Notes: a model not told the origin generated them from the letters alone. Counted from the stretch's first letter, positions 1 through 9,449 are shown. The stretch: DNA of 38,741 bases from Craspedostauros australis (GCA_030167865.1 JALAGF010003079.1:1-38741); one strand, 5' to 3'. Made by a program: numbers and translations.

Positions 1-12
1 TTCTGGTCTGGC

Positions 13-2856
13 ATGTGGAATCTCGAAACACCTGAAATGCAAACGCTGATAAAGGCAGACATCGAGGAACGCCGACGAAAACAAACGCAGATTCCTGATA
101 GTTGGCTCCAAAGGAGAACTCACGCCGAGTCATCTCTCAGACAGTCCATTCTAAATCTGATCAGCAAGTGTGATGACGACTTCTCGGATTTGGAGGATAA
201 TCTCTTGGTGTACATAATGGGGTATGACCGCCTCATGGCCGGCCGATGGCTCCTGGCTTGGCTTCGTGTCCATGGAGCAGTCCCTCAGGGTGTCCTCTCC
301 GTTGCGCGTCAACTCAACGAAGATCGCAAGCTCATCGACCCCGCCAAGCCCCGAAAATCGGTTCTCAAACTGTTGAACAAGATCCACGATGACAACAACA
401 CCAAAGGTTTTCAAGGTCTACGGTACAACTCGAGCTCGTACCAGCCATATCGTGGCGATTGTGCATACTACATCGGCAGCCCCGACTTTCGACATGAAGG
501 AAGGCCCAACACATCTCCAACACAGGTCTTCATCAAACGGCAAGAGCGAGACTCTTATTGCGAAGGTGGAGTCCACGTGTACAATCAGGAGAGAGGTAGT
601 GGGAAGACTGTAGAGCTCGCGGCGAGCAGCTACACAAGAGAGGCTCTCTTCACCATCATGCTGACTGATGTGGAAGATGTGCCGTTGATTCCTGATGGCC
701 ACAGCGCTCTAAGTCCCGGCGATAGTAGGCCGACGTATACCCAGCGTAGCTACAGAGAAAGAGATTCTCTGCTTTTCCTTGCATCGAAAATCAAATCAAC
801 TTTGATGCAGGATGAATCCAACTTCAAGAGGCTTCGCAGCTTCGTACTGGATCTGGACGAGAAGCGCGAGGCACAGCGTGCAGCGCAGAGTGAGGCACAG
901 CGTGAGGCACAACGTGGGCGTGACAGGGAGACCCTCCAGATCGTCGTTGCGATCGACGAAGCAAACAATTGCCCAAACCTCATCACAGCTATCATCGAAG
1001 AATACTCCTCCTTTGGGTATACGTTAGGATGCTTCATCATGCATGGATGCCCCGATGATGCATTGCAATTCGAAAGTCATCCAGCGGATGTCCATTCTCC
1101 AACGCCGCTCAAGCTCAGATATCTCGAAAATCCATTGAAAATGCTGGATGTCAGAGTCCTGTTCTCCATAGCTGCAGCTGATGTGACGCAATATCCCACG
1201 GGAAGAATGTCCGACAACTATGAATGCCGCAAGACGTCAGCAAAAGAAGAACCCGGAGTAGTCTACAAACTCCTCAGCAAAATGGAATGGGGCTCGTTGG
1301 ACTCGTACAGAGAGATCTACAATTTTCCTCTCGTCAAGGCCATCATTTATACCAACGCACGCATGGCCTCCATCTTCGTGGCTGTACTCAAGCGCAAGCA
1401 CTTCGCCAACAAGAAGCCACATAAGAACCCACACGAGAACCCACAAGAGCAGAACGATATCATCTCGGAGGTCTTTGCCACATTCATGCGGGACGCTGCC
1501 TTGAAGGATCTCATGGACGATCCCAGTCGTCGAGTGCTCGTGGCATCGCGTGTACTCGCAACTCTTCTCTTCCAATCGACAAGAAGGCCAGCACATAAGT
1601 CAGAGTTCATCGCCCGACCATACCAGATGGAGTCTGCAATCAAGTTCGAACGCTTCGATACTGACACGGCTCAGTTCCTCATGCGTGAGCTGGTCGTTGA
1701 CTATGGATTGATGGGTACCACTCGGTGGGACGGGTGCCTGTTCCCGGTCAGTGATGCCATGCAACTGTTGTGCCTTTGGTTGCTTCAAGGCGGTTCACAT
1801 GTCACATCCTCCAGCGCATCCTCCAGCTCGTTGTTGGGAGCCTCGCCACGCAATTTTGGGACGTTGACGACCTTGATGGTCGGCGCTGCTGTTGCTGCGT
1901 GGATGGCGGTCGCTGAAGATCAACGAATGGACATCAGGTGTGCTCTGGCCAAGGTAGGAATAGGGTTTTTCAATCAGACTGTGAGGACGAGCGTAATAGC
2001 TAGCTGCAGAGACACACACCCTGCGAGCGAAGGTGCATCGAATCAAGGTGCATCGAACACACGCAAGGCGCGGGATGAGTGGGCGGCATGGGCCGGTGTG
2101 CAACCAGTGACACTGTCCTCCGACCTCAACATCACCAATACATACTTCCACGAGTCCAAGACGAGTCTCCACAAGCTGGCCGGGGTCGATGGAGAACACA
2201 TCCACAGCATGACTGGGAGTTCCGGAGTGTGGCGCCACGTGCCCGACTTGGTGTCTCACGGAGATGATCAAACCCAGCACCTTTCGATGAACGATGACAC
2301 CAAACCACTGTCCTCTCAAATGTTGCGCGAAGAACACGCCGCGCTTCTGATGGACACCGATCTTCGGAAACATCTCGCGGATTTGAGCAATGGTCAAGCA
2401 GGCGATACAAAGATCTTCAACATGCCCATCATCAGTGTTGCGCAAAGCGATGGCCATTTCGCCGATGGCTACGTCACCTTCCTTGGACGCAGAATGGACA
2501 AAGGAGGGGTGTCCAGTGGTCCGCACGAGCTGTTCACCATCTGCATCCAGAACAGAAACTACTTTGAGAATGAGATGGATGCTGAGAGCATCCGAAAGAC
2601 TGCGAGCAACGAGAGGTTGAGCAACAAGGAGCTCGATCGCCCGCTTGGCATGAATCGACTGTACTGTGTGGCACGTCGAGAAAGTGACGTTGCTCGAGAC
2701 TGTGAGCAAGTCCCTCCTGGTTTGTACACTCCGTATGTTGCTGACAAGTCGTGCATTCTGAGGAGCCCGGAGGAGCCACCGTACCCGTATGTTCGCTACA
2801 GTGAACGCTTGAGGCTTCAGCGCGACGCGTGGGGACCAATTGTGCCCAGATGGTGA
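13..2856 (+). CDS. Large intronless multicopy protein: P-loop NTPase-like region plus putative C-terminal PD-(D/E)xK (restriction endonuclease-like) domain; Crinkler/RHS-like architecture. Possibly 5'-truncated
   Basis: 947-aa ORF, still open to base 1 (TTC TGG TCT GGC ATG). Walker A-like VYNQERGSGKT (QERGSGKT at 586-609) and Walker B-like IVVAIDE (940-960). C-terminal HFADGYV...TICIQNRNY (2455-2562) resembles the D...QxK nuclease core. A second copy lies at the right edge. Confidence is for a real gene; the family call is lower (about 0.5). Confidence 0.8.
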   Translation: MWNLETPEMQTLIKADIEERRRKQTQIPDSWLQRRTHAESSLRQSILNLISKCDDDFSDLEDNLLVYIMGYDRLMAGRWLLAWLRVHGAVPQGVLSVARQLNEDRKLIDPAKPRKSVLKLLNKIHDDNNTKGFQGLRYNSSSYQPYRGDCAYYIGSPDFRHEGRPNTSPTQVFIKRQERDSYCEGGVHVYNQERGSGKTVELAASSYTREALFTIMLTDVEDVPLIPDGHSALSPGDSRPTYTQRSYRERDSLLFLASKIKSTLMQDESNFKRLRSFVLDLDEKREAQRAAQSEAQREAQRGRDRETLQIVVAIDEANNCPNLITAIIEEYSSFGYTLGCFIMHGCPDDALQFESHPADVHSPTPLKLRYLENPLKMLDVRVLFSIAAADVTQYPTGRMSDNYECRKTSAKEEPGVVYKLLSKMEWGSLDSYREIYNFPLVKAIIYTNARMASIFVAVLKRKHFANKKPHKNPHENPQEQNDIISEVFATFMRDAALKDLMDDPSRRVLVASRVLATLLFQSTRRPAHKSEFIARPYQMESAIKFERFDTDTAQFLMRELVVDYGLMGTTRWDGCLFPVSDAMQLLCLWLLQGGSHVTSSSASSSSLLGASPRNFGTLTTLMVGAAVAAWMAVAEDQRMDIRCALAKVGIGFFNQTVRTSVIASCRDTHPASEGASNQGASNTRKARDEWAAWAGVQPVTLSSDLNITNTYFHESKTSLHKLAGVDGEHIHSMTGSSGVWRHVPDLVSHGDDQTQHLSMNDDTKPLSSQMLREEHAALLMDTDLRKHLADLSNGQAGDTKIFNMPIISVAQSDGHFADGYVTFLGRRMDKGGVSSGPHELFTICIQNRNYFENEMDAESIRKTASNERLSNKELDRPLGMNRLYCVARRESDVARDCEQVPPGLYTPYVADKSCILRSPEEPPYPYVRYSERLRLQRDAWGPIVPRW

Positions 2857-3037
2857 GCTGTGTGGTTGTCCCGCAGCGATTGGGGATTGGAAGCTGGAAT
2901 AGTATGTACTAGTATGTACGAGTGATGGAAGACGAAAGGCGCAGTTGTTGGTGTGCGCGGCACTGCCGCATCGAGATGGCTGATGCTTGGTGGTGATGGT
3001 GGAATGGAGATGGAGACGGAGATTGAATGACGAAGCG
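2638..3037 (+). repeat. Left arm of long-range inverted repeat (3' end of the NTPase gene plus 181 nt of 3' flank)
   Basis: Aligns by hand to the reverse complement of 38330-38741 with 17 substitutions and one 12-nt indel over 400 bp; homology ends at ...GAATGACGAAGCG. Confidence 0.98.
2900..2919 (+). repeat. Tandem 10-mer (TAGTATGTAC)x2 in the 3' flank of the multicopy gene
   Basis: Two exact copies here; three copies (with a 2-nt spacer) in the paralogous flank at 38448-38479. Confidence 0.9.
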
Positions 3038-3076
3038 CATCGCTATTCGTGCCTTTTCTGGCATTGTGTTTTACTC

Positions 3077-4969
3077 TTAGAAAATGTTACCAACATCCGG
3101 TGCAGCTGGCGCTGGTCGTATGGACAGAGAAAGTGTCGGGATCTGCGTCGTGTCATCGCTCCACAGAGTCAAAAGATCCGCGATGGTCATGCGCAGAAAG
3201 ATCTCCCGCGTAAATTCGTAGTCGGTGCCTTCCAGTTTGATGAACAGCGCTGTGGTGCCGATTCTCAGCCCTTCGACGTCGGCTTGTGGGAAGGAGAAGA
3301 CACCCGAGGACTTGTCGCTCTGCGCAATGTCCATCAATTCTTTCACGAGAACGGAAGAAGGGTCCCCGAACAAAACGGGGACGTCCATGCTGTATGCATC
3401 GCGGACCAACCGAATGATCTTTGGTGCTGCCTTGCCCCCGTTCGGACCTTTCGTTGCTCCTTGTGCTGCTGTTCCCGCCGATGCTGTCGTGATTTTCTCG
3501 GAACCCGCTGGCTGATCACTTTCTCTCTTGACTTCGGACGCAATGGCAGGGGCAATTCTCGGTTCCTTGGACTCTGTATCCACAATCGACAACGGGTTGT
3601 CCGCTGGTGAGGGCGCTGAGGCCTTTGCGATGGCTGGAGCAATCATCCATCCGTCGATCACGTCGACGATATCGGAGAACTTGTTCAGCCGAACATCAAC
3701 AAATTCGTCCTCGATGGAGCTGGACAAGTAGTCGCTGGGGCCTATCGCCAGTTCCGTCTTGGTCTTTTCGGAAACAGTCTGTATGAACTCCTTCAATCGA
3801 GCTTCTTCATCGACAACATCCGATGACGTCAGCTTCTTCTTCTCGTTGGCAGGATCAGGTGCAACCTTATCACGGATCAATTCCAACGCCCATATCGTTC
3901 TCATCTGCATGCTCTTTCCTGCCACAATGTCCTTGGTGAAGTCGTCACCCACATGGACCCAGTAGTTGCCGCAGGATGCCTCCACCGCATTGATGTCGTC
4001 CAGATCGACGGCCTCGAATATATCACAGAGGGACGGAAGCTGCGCGGCACGTCGCATCGCTTCGAGATAGATCGTCTTGCTGGGCTTGGCAATGCCCACC
4101 TCTTCTGCGTTGACGGTGAAATCAAAGACATGGCCGATCTCTGCGATGCGGGTTGGATCCGAGTTGCCGTCCGTGATGGCGCCAATGACGATGTTCGCTC
4201 CGGATTTAGTCGTCTTGTCCTTGAGAGCCTGCAAGGTCGTCGCCACGGATTCGGCAAAGTTTTGAGGAATCGCTTCGTGCCGGGCATCCGTCCAGACCTG
4301 AAAGGTGGTGTCGGCGTACTGCATGGCCTGTTCCATGGAATAGCCGTTGTGCTCAGTGGCCAGGTGCATAATGGCATCCTTGCGCAGCTGCGTCAGCAAT
4401 ACCGGCCCCTTGATTTCGGATTCTTCCTTCTGCAACGGACAGTACGTCAATTTGGACACCTTGAAGAGATCTCCCATGACTTGCTCCACGCGCCTCGGCA
4501 ATTCGAATCCATCTTCCTGCAATTTGGCGTTGAGCTTGTCGTTGGCTGCGTTGATGCATGCCGGCGTGTTCCACAGGGTATTATCCAAATCGAAGGAGAT
4601 CACACGTACTTCGCTGGGTTGAAATGCGATGTTATCGTCTTCGGCGGACGTCACGGCATCGGGGTCGTACATCATCTCCTTGATCTCGCCTTCGGCATAC
4701 ATGCGTTCCCAACGTTGCAGATCTTCGTCCTGCGTCTCGGATGGTGGTTCGTTGAAACCTTGTCCCAAAGATGCGAACAGACGAGAATGAAGCCGGCTGT
4801 TGCGTGGGATGCGCTGGTGTGCGAGACAAGATCTTGCGATTCCACTATGGGTAGCAGGGGCAGCTTGGCTTGCGAGGAATGGGACGGATGCACCTGATCT
4901 GAGCGCAACAGCGAACGTTTGCGGGAGGATCATACAGAATGCCGATGGAAGGATCCTGGCTGTATTCAT
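3077..4969 (-). CDS. HAD-superfamily hydrolase (subfamily IA, YigB/HDHD-like) with N-terminal targeting extension and extra C-terminal domain
   Basis: 630-aa ORF with motif I ISFDLDNTLW, motif II AITDGNSD, motif III EVGIAKPS and motif IV WVHVGDDFTKDIVAG. Hydrophobic then Ser/Arg/Ala-rich N-terminus. Confidence 0.9.
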   Translation of the reverse strand: MNTARILPSAFCMILPQTFAVALRSGASVPFLASQAAPATHSGIARSCLAHQRIPRNSRLHSRLFASLGQGFNEPPSETQDEDLQRWERMYAEGEIKEMMYDPDAVTSAEDDNIAFQPSEVRVISFDLDNTLWNTPACINAANDKLNAKLQEDGFELPRRVEQVMGDLFKVSKLTYCPLQKEESEIKGPVLLTQLRKDAIMHLATEHNGYSMEQAMQYADTTFQVWTDARHEAIPQNFAESVATTLQALKDKTTKSGANIVIGAITDGNSDPTRIAEIGHVFDFTVNAEEVGIAKPSKTIYLEAMRRAAQLPSLCDIFEAVDLDDINAVEASCGNYWVHVGDDFTKDIVAGKSMQMRTIWALELIRDKVAPDPANEKKKLTSSDVVDEEARLKEFIQTVSEKTKTELAIGPSDYLSSSIEDEFVDVRLNKFSDIVDVIDGWMIAPAIAKASAPSPADNPLSIVDTESKEPRIAPAIASEVKRESDQPAGSEKITTASAGTAAQGATKGPNGGKAAPKIIRLVRDAYSMDVPVLFGDPSSVLVKELMDIAQSDKSSGVFSFPQADVEGLRIGTTALFIKLEGTDYEFTREIFLRMTIADLLTLWSDDTTQIPTLSLSIRPAPAAPDVGNIF

Positions 4970-5071
4970 CGTCTCTCAGCGTCGTTGTATCACAATGTGA
5001 CAGATCCCTAGTGATCAAAGTCCTCAAGTCAACGGTGGCTGCGGTCGATTTGTGCGATTATGATTGCAAGC

Positions 5072-5103
5072 GAGCGAGAGAGAGCGAGAGAGAGAGAGAG
5101 AGA
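5072..5103. repeat. Interrupted (GA)n microsatellite
   Basis: gagcgagagagagcgagagagagagagagaga in the divergent HAD / GST-HINT intergenic region. Confidence 0.9.
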
Positions 5104-5417
5104 AAGGAAACATCGATTCCTCTTGTGGCTTCTTCTGTTCTGTGTTGGATTGCTGATGACGACAGAACGCTCCAACTCACTTTGTGATGACAAACGATCT
5201 TGTGGATGGGTGGACACGTTTTCGGCACGAGATAGGTCTTTCCAAAATCTGGTTCTGCGATTGAACGCAATTAATTGTCTGGCGTGTGCAAAACCATATT
5301 TTCACAACCCTATGTACTCTCCGTGACATCATTGGCATTCCAGGATGGAAGATCTGCCACCAATGAAGCCATCAACGCATCAATCCTGTGCGCATCACGC
5401 CCATCACTCGTTCATTC

Positions 5418-5420
<3 letters not shown>

Positions 5421-5448
<28 letters not shown>
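5421..5448. repeat. (AG)14 microsatellite
   Basis: Perfect AG run about 90 nt upstream of the ATG at 5541. Confidence 0.95.
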
Positions 5449-5450
<2 letters not shown>

Positions 5451-5540
5451 CATCTGCACATCGAAGCAAATATAATACAAAGGTTCAGCCCCAATAACCC
5501 AACTATCATACTCTACTCTCGTTTTATTCCATCCATAGCG

Positions 5541-6929
5541 ATGCTGTGCCGTTTCCGTCGTGAATGGCCGATGTTGGCACTTGCTGTGGTCTCAACATTG
5601 ATGGCAACCGCATGTCATGCATTCTCGTTGTCCATGTCAACGCCAGCAAGCAGTAAGCATGTTCTGTACGACGTCCCCGTGTCCAACAATGGCGCGAGAT
5701 GCCGCATCGTCGCCTACAAGAAAGACCTTCCGGACACCGAGCTCACCATTCTGCCACCCACCGACATTGGTGGATTGAAATCGGAAGAGTACCTCAAGAT
5801 CTCACCGCAAGGCAAGATGCCGGCCTTGGTGAGCCACGACGACAACACCGCAGTCGCCGAAAGCGACAGCATCTGTCGGTACCTCATGTCGCAGTACGCC
5901 GATCGCGGCCCCTCCTTCCAACCGGACAATCCGAAATCCAACATGATCGCACGGTACCATGACATGTACCTCACGACCATTCAAAACTGCCTCTACAAAC
6001 CATCGCCACCTTACGGAATCTACGGTACGCGCGAGGATGCGCAGCTGGAGTTCTCGAAGCAACTGCACATCATTGCCGGCCTTATCACGGAAGATGATGG
6101 GCCATATCTGTGCGGATCGGAGGTTTCGCTGGCCGATGCCACGCTCTTTCCGACCGTTGTGTTTGCAGTCCGCATGTACCCCAAGTTCGATTTTGGGATT
6201 GAAGATGCGATTCCTGCCGAGATTCGAACCTGGTTCGATGCAGTGATCGAGCAAGACGAAGTATTCCGCAAGGTTTATAATGAGGTGCGTACTACTCGAA
6301 GTCTGAGAGACAGCGTGGAAGCTAGTTCTATGCTACGCTTCATGTTTGTGCGATTGATTGTGTTCCGGGTCATTTCCTCCCATTGCTCTCTTACTTGATC
6401 AACGCCATCATGCTAACGCAAATCTCCGCTGCCTTGGTCCCTCGCGACCAAACCACCATGTCTCTTCAAACTGTCATGCTCCTGGCCATTCTTTCCGCAG
6501 ATTATGGCCGGCATCCAGAAGTGGGAAGACAATGGGCGCTGGGATCCCATCTGGCGTGCTGGTCAACGCGACGAAGAGCCAGGCACATTGTTCGACAAGA
6601 TCGTCGCAGGTGAAATTCCTGCAAATGTCGTGCATGAAGATGACAAAGTGCTGGCCTTCAGGGATATCAACCCGGCTGCACCTGCTCATGTTCTGGTGAT
6701 TCCGAAGGATCGGGATGGATTGACGCGGTTGCGCAAGGCCACGCTGGAGCATGTTGAGCTGTTGGGCCGCCTCCTATTGACGGCAGGACAAATCTCAAAC
6801 GACGAATCGTTGGGCTTTGGTGATGGTTCGCGCGTCGTCATCAACGACGGCAAAGACGCCGGGCAGGAAGTTTTCCACCTCCATTTGCATGTTCTGGGTG
6901 GACGCGATTTCACCTGGCCACCTGGTTGA
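5541..6929 (+). CDS. Glutathione S-transferase - HIT (HINT) fusion protein, predicted plastid-targeted; 2 exons (5541-6284, 6501-6929), about 390 aa
   Basis: GST motifs YDVPVSNNGARCR, ISPQGKMPAL, AESDSICRYL, SLADATLFP. A phase-0 intron at 6285-6500 (GTGCGT...TTCCGCAG) joins VYNE|IMAGIQKW in frame. HINT motifs TLFDKIVAGEIP, AFRDINP, GQEVFHLHLHVLGG. Signal peptide ending CHA-F. Confidence 0.88.
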
Positions 6930-7733
6930 GCAAACACGCGAGTATAGTATGATCATGACATTGTCAGCAATTGTTGATCCGCTGCTCTCCGCATTGTTGG
7001 AAGTTGCCAATCACCACCACCCATCCTCTTCCATCCCATCTCATAGTGAAGGCATTTAGCATCCATCACCAAGGAGAGCGTGGATGGTTCGACCAACGAA
7101 AGGAAACAAAAATCAAGGCAAGCGAAACTGGAATAAGCAGAACTGAAGCAAAAATGCAACATGGCAGAAAGAAGCGAAAGTTTCAGATCCGTAAACCGTA
7201 ATGCTATCGTTTGCCATCTTACTCTACCGTCCATCCTACTCGTTGCTTATTCTGTTCATGTTGTGCTGTGTTGTGGTGTATTGTACATTGTCTTTTCTTT
7301 TCGTGTGCTTGCAGAGTGCTTCATCGAATGGTGTCGCTGGCTGCTGATGATGTTGCTGAGAGACCAAGAGATGAGATGGTTGGTTGTGTTTGGTGGCATG
7401 GGATCGATCACGGTGTCGGGAACGAAAAAGGGCAGGAGAGTCCTTGGTGGAGGGGAACACCTTCGCAAGACACATCAGGTAAGATGGTCCTGTGCAGGTC
7501 AAACCCCACCACCAATCAGTCACTCCTCCGTATATTTGTGGATGCTGCAAGGAATGTTTGCAGGCAAAAGGGGGCGGCGGGCGTACGCGCAAGAATGCAT
7601 GCTGATTCAGATATGGGACACTATGCCATGTAATGCCGAAGGCGAAACACAGTATCGGATCTTCGCAGCGCTTTTGCATGAGCCCGCATCCATCGAATCG
7701 AATGATGGAGCCCAACCCATCCATCTCAGCTAC

Positions 7734-9449
7734 CTATCCAACGTAGAGGTTACGTTCGATGGCTGATGGGATGGGGCGGATCTCGGTACCAAGCTCCTGC
7801 TCCACGCGACGCAGTCCATGGCGGTCGTCGTAGGTGATGAGATTGACGGCAAGTCCGAGATGTCCGAAACGTCCAGAACGACCGATGCGGTGAAGGTAGG
7901 TCTCGGCGTTCTTGGGGAAGTCGAAGTTGATGACCACATTCACCGATTGGATGTCGATACCACGGGTGAACAAGTCTGATCAGGAAGAGGCGACGAAAAT
8001 GGAGTGGATACAAATTGGTGGAAGTGCAAAAGGGATGGTGGTGAGTGGGGTGAAGATTGCGATGCGCCTGTGCGAGCGTGTGCATGGCCCGCCGCATGAC
8101 TTATCGCACGACTTAATCGCATAGTTGCGTCAGTCTATCTGGCATTTGAAAAAAGAGCAAACGTACCTGATGTGACCAAGTGTCGTGTTGCGCCATTGCG
8201 GAACTCGTGAAAGACACGGTTGCGGTTGGCTTGCTGCATCTTGGCGTGGATGTAGTAGCAGGAGTATCCGAGTTCGGTGATCTTCTTTGCCAAGAGCTCC
8301 ACGCGGTTGACAGAGTTGCAGAAGATGATACTTTGGTTGATTTCCAGCTTGGAAAAGAGCGTGTTGAGACAGTGCACCTTTTGTCTCTCCTCGACGTAGG
8401 CATAGAACTGCGAGATACCGCGCAGCGTCAGCTCGTCCATGAGATTGATGCTGTAGGGATTGGGGACGAACTTTTTGCAGAATCCCTTGACGGTGACGGG
8501 GAAGGTGGCACTGAACAAGCAGATTTGATGTTCGCTGTGGCACATGCCGATGATCTGTTCGAGCACGGGCTGGAACTCTGGGGATAGGAGCTTGTCTGCC
8601 TCGTCCATGATGATGGTTTGGACCTTGGTGAGATCGGCGACCTTCTTGGTGGATAGGTCGAGGATGCGTCCTGGAGTCGCGACGATGATGTGGATGGTGT
8701 TGTACAGACGCATGATGTCGTCCTTGAGCGAGGTTCCTCCTGTCGTGACCATGCATTGCACACCCATGTGCTTGCCGATCTCTTTCACGATGGCCGAAGT
8801 TTGCAGCGCGAGTTCGCGAGTCGGTATGAGCATGAGCACTGTGTGACGAAATGATTGTGTATATGTATGTGCGTGTGCGTGTGTGTGTTGTAGTTGGTCG
8901 ATTGGTTGGTTGGATGGGGTTTAGACATGAGCATGGAGAGTGCAAGTGTGAGCGTGAGCATGGACGAAGTCTCAATCAATGGAGGAAGTATCGAGTGTGC
9001 CGAATGGATCATGTCGAGTAATGAACATGGCATCGGTGCTTCTACTCAAACGATGGTAGGAAGGCAGGACGGAGGAAGAGAAACGCACCTTGAATCTCCT
9101 TCTTCTCGACATCAGTCTTCTCCAAGCAAGGGATGATGTACGCTGCTGTCTTTCCGGTTCCGTTCTTTGCTCTGGCGAGGACGTTTCTGTCTTGCAGGAT
9201 GATGGGGATGGCCTCTTCCTGGATCGGACTTGGCTTTTCGAATCCCTTTTCAAAAATTCCCATGAGGAGCTCCCGCTTGAGGAAGAAGTCCTCGAACTCT
9301 CTGCCCTTCGTGTCGGTGACATCCTCTGTCTTGTATCTGGTGTCTTCCTTTGGGGCGGTGAGGCCGTCTCTCCAAGTTCCAGTGCCGGCAACCACGTCGG
9401 TGGATCCGGCTTGCCCTTGCTGTTTGTTCTGATTCTGTACTGATGTCAT
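7734..9449 (-). CDS. DDX6: DEAD-box RNA helicase DDX6/Dhh1/Me31B; 3 exons (9449-9089, 8838-8167, 7975-7734), 424 aa
   Basis: [60 protein letters not shown]. Both introns are GT-AG and the exon total (1275 nt) is a multiple of 3. Confidence 0.97.

Noticed and set aside
2776-2817. Diversity-generating retroelement-style template/variable repeat pair
   Set aside because: Substitutions are not adenine-specific (many are C/T transitions), both copies look like gene ends, and there is no reverse transcriptase in the window.
13-2856. Classical transposase, retroelement, Helitron or viral packaging ATPase
   Set aside because: I found no DDE, RT (YxDD), integrase, tyrosine recombinase or HUH motifs, no capsid neighbours, and no CTRR end after the small hairpin. 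It is therefore not annotated as a mobile_element, although mobility is suspected.
5388-6398. Stand-alone 336-aa GST and separate 141-aa HIT gene, as in the ORF track
   Set aside because: The GST ORF tail runs into an intron (GTGCGT at 6285) and its start includes an (AG)n tract; splicing gives one in-frame fusion.
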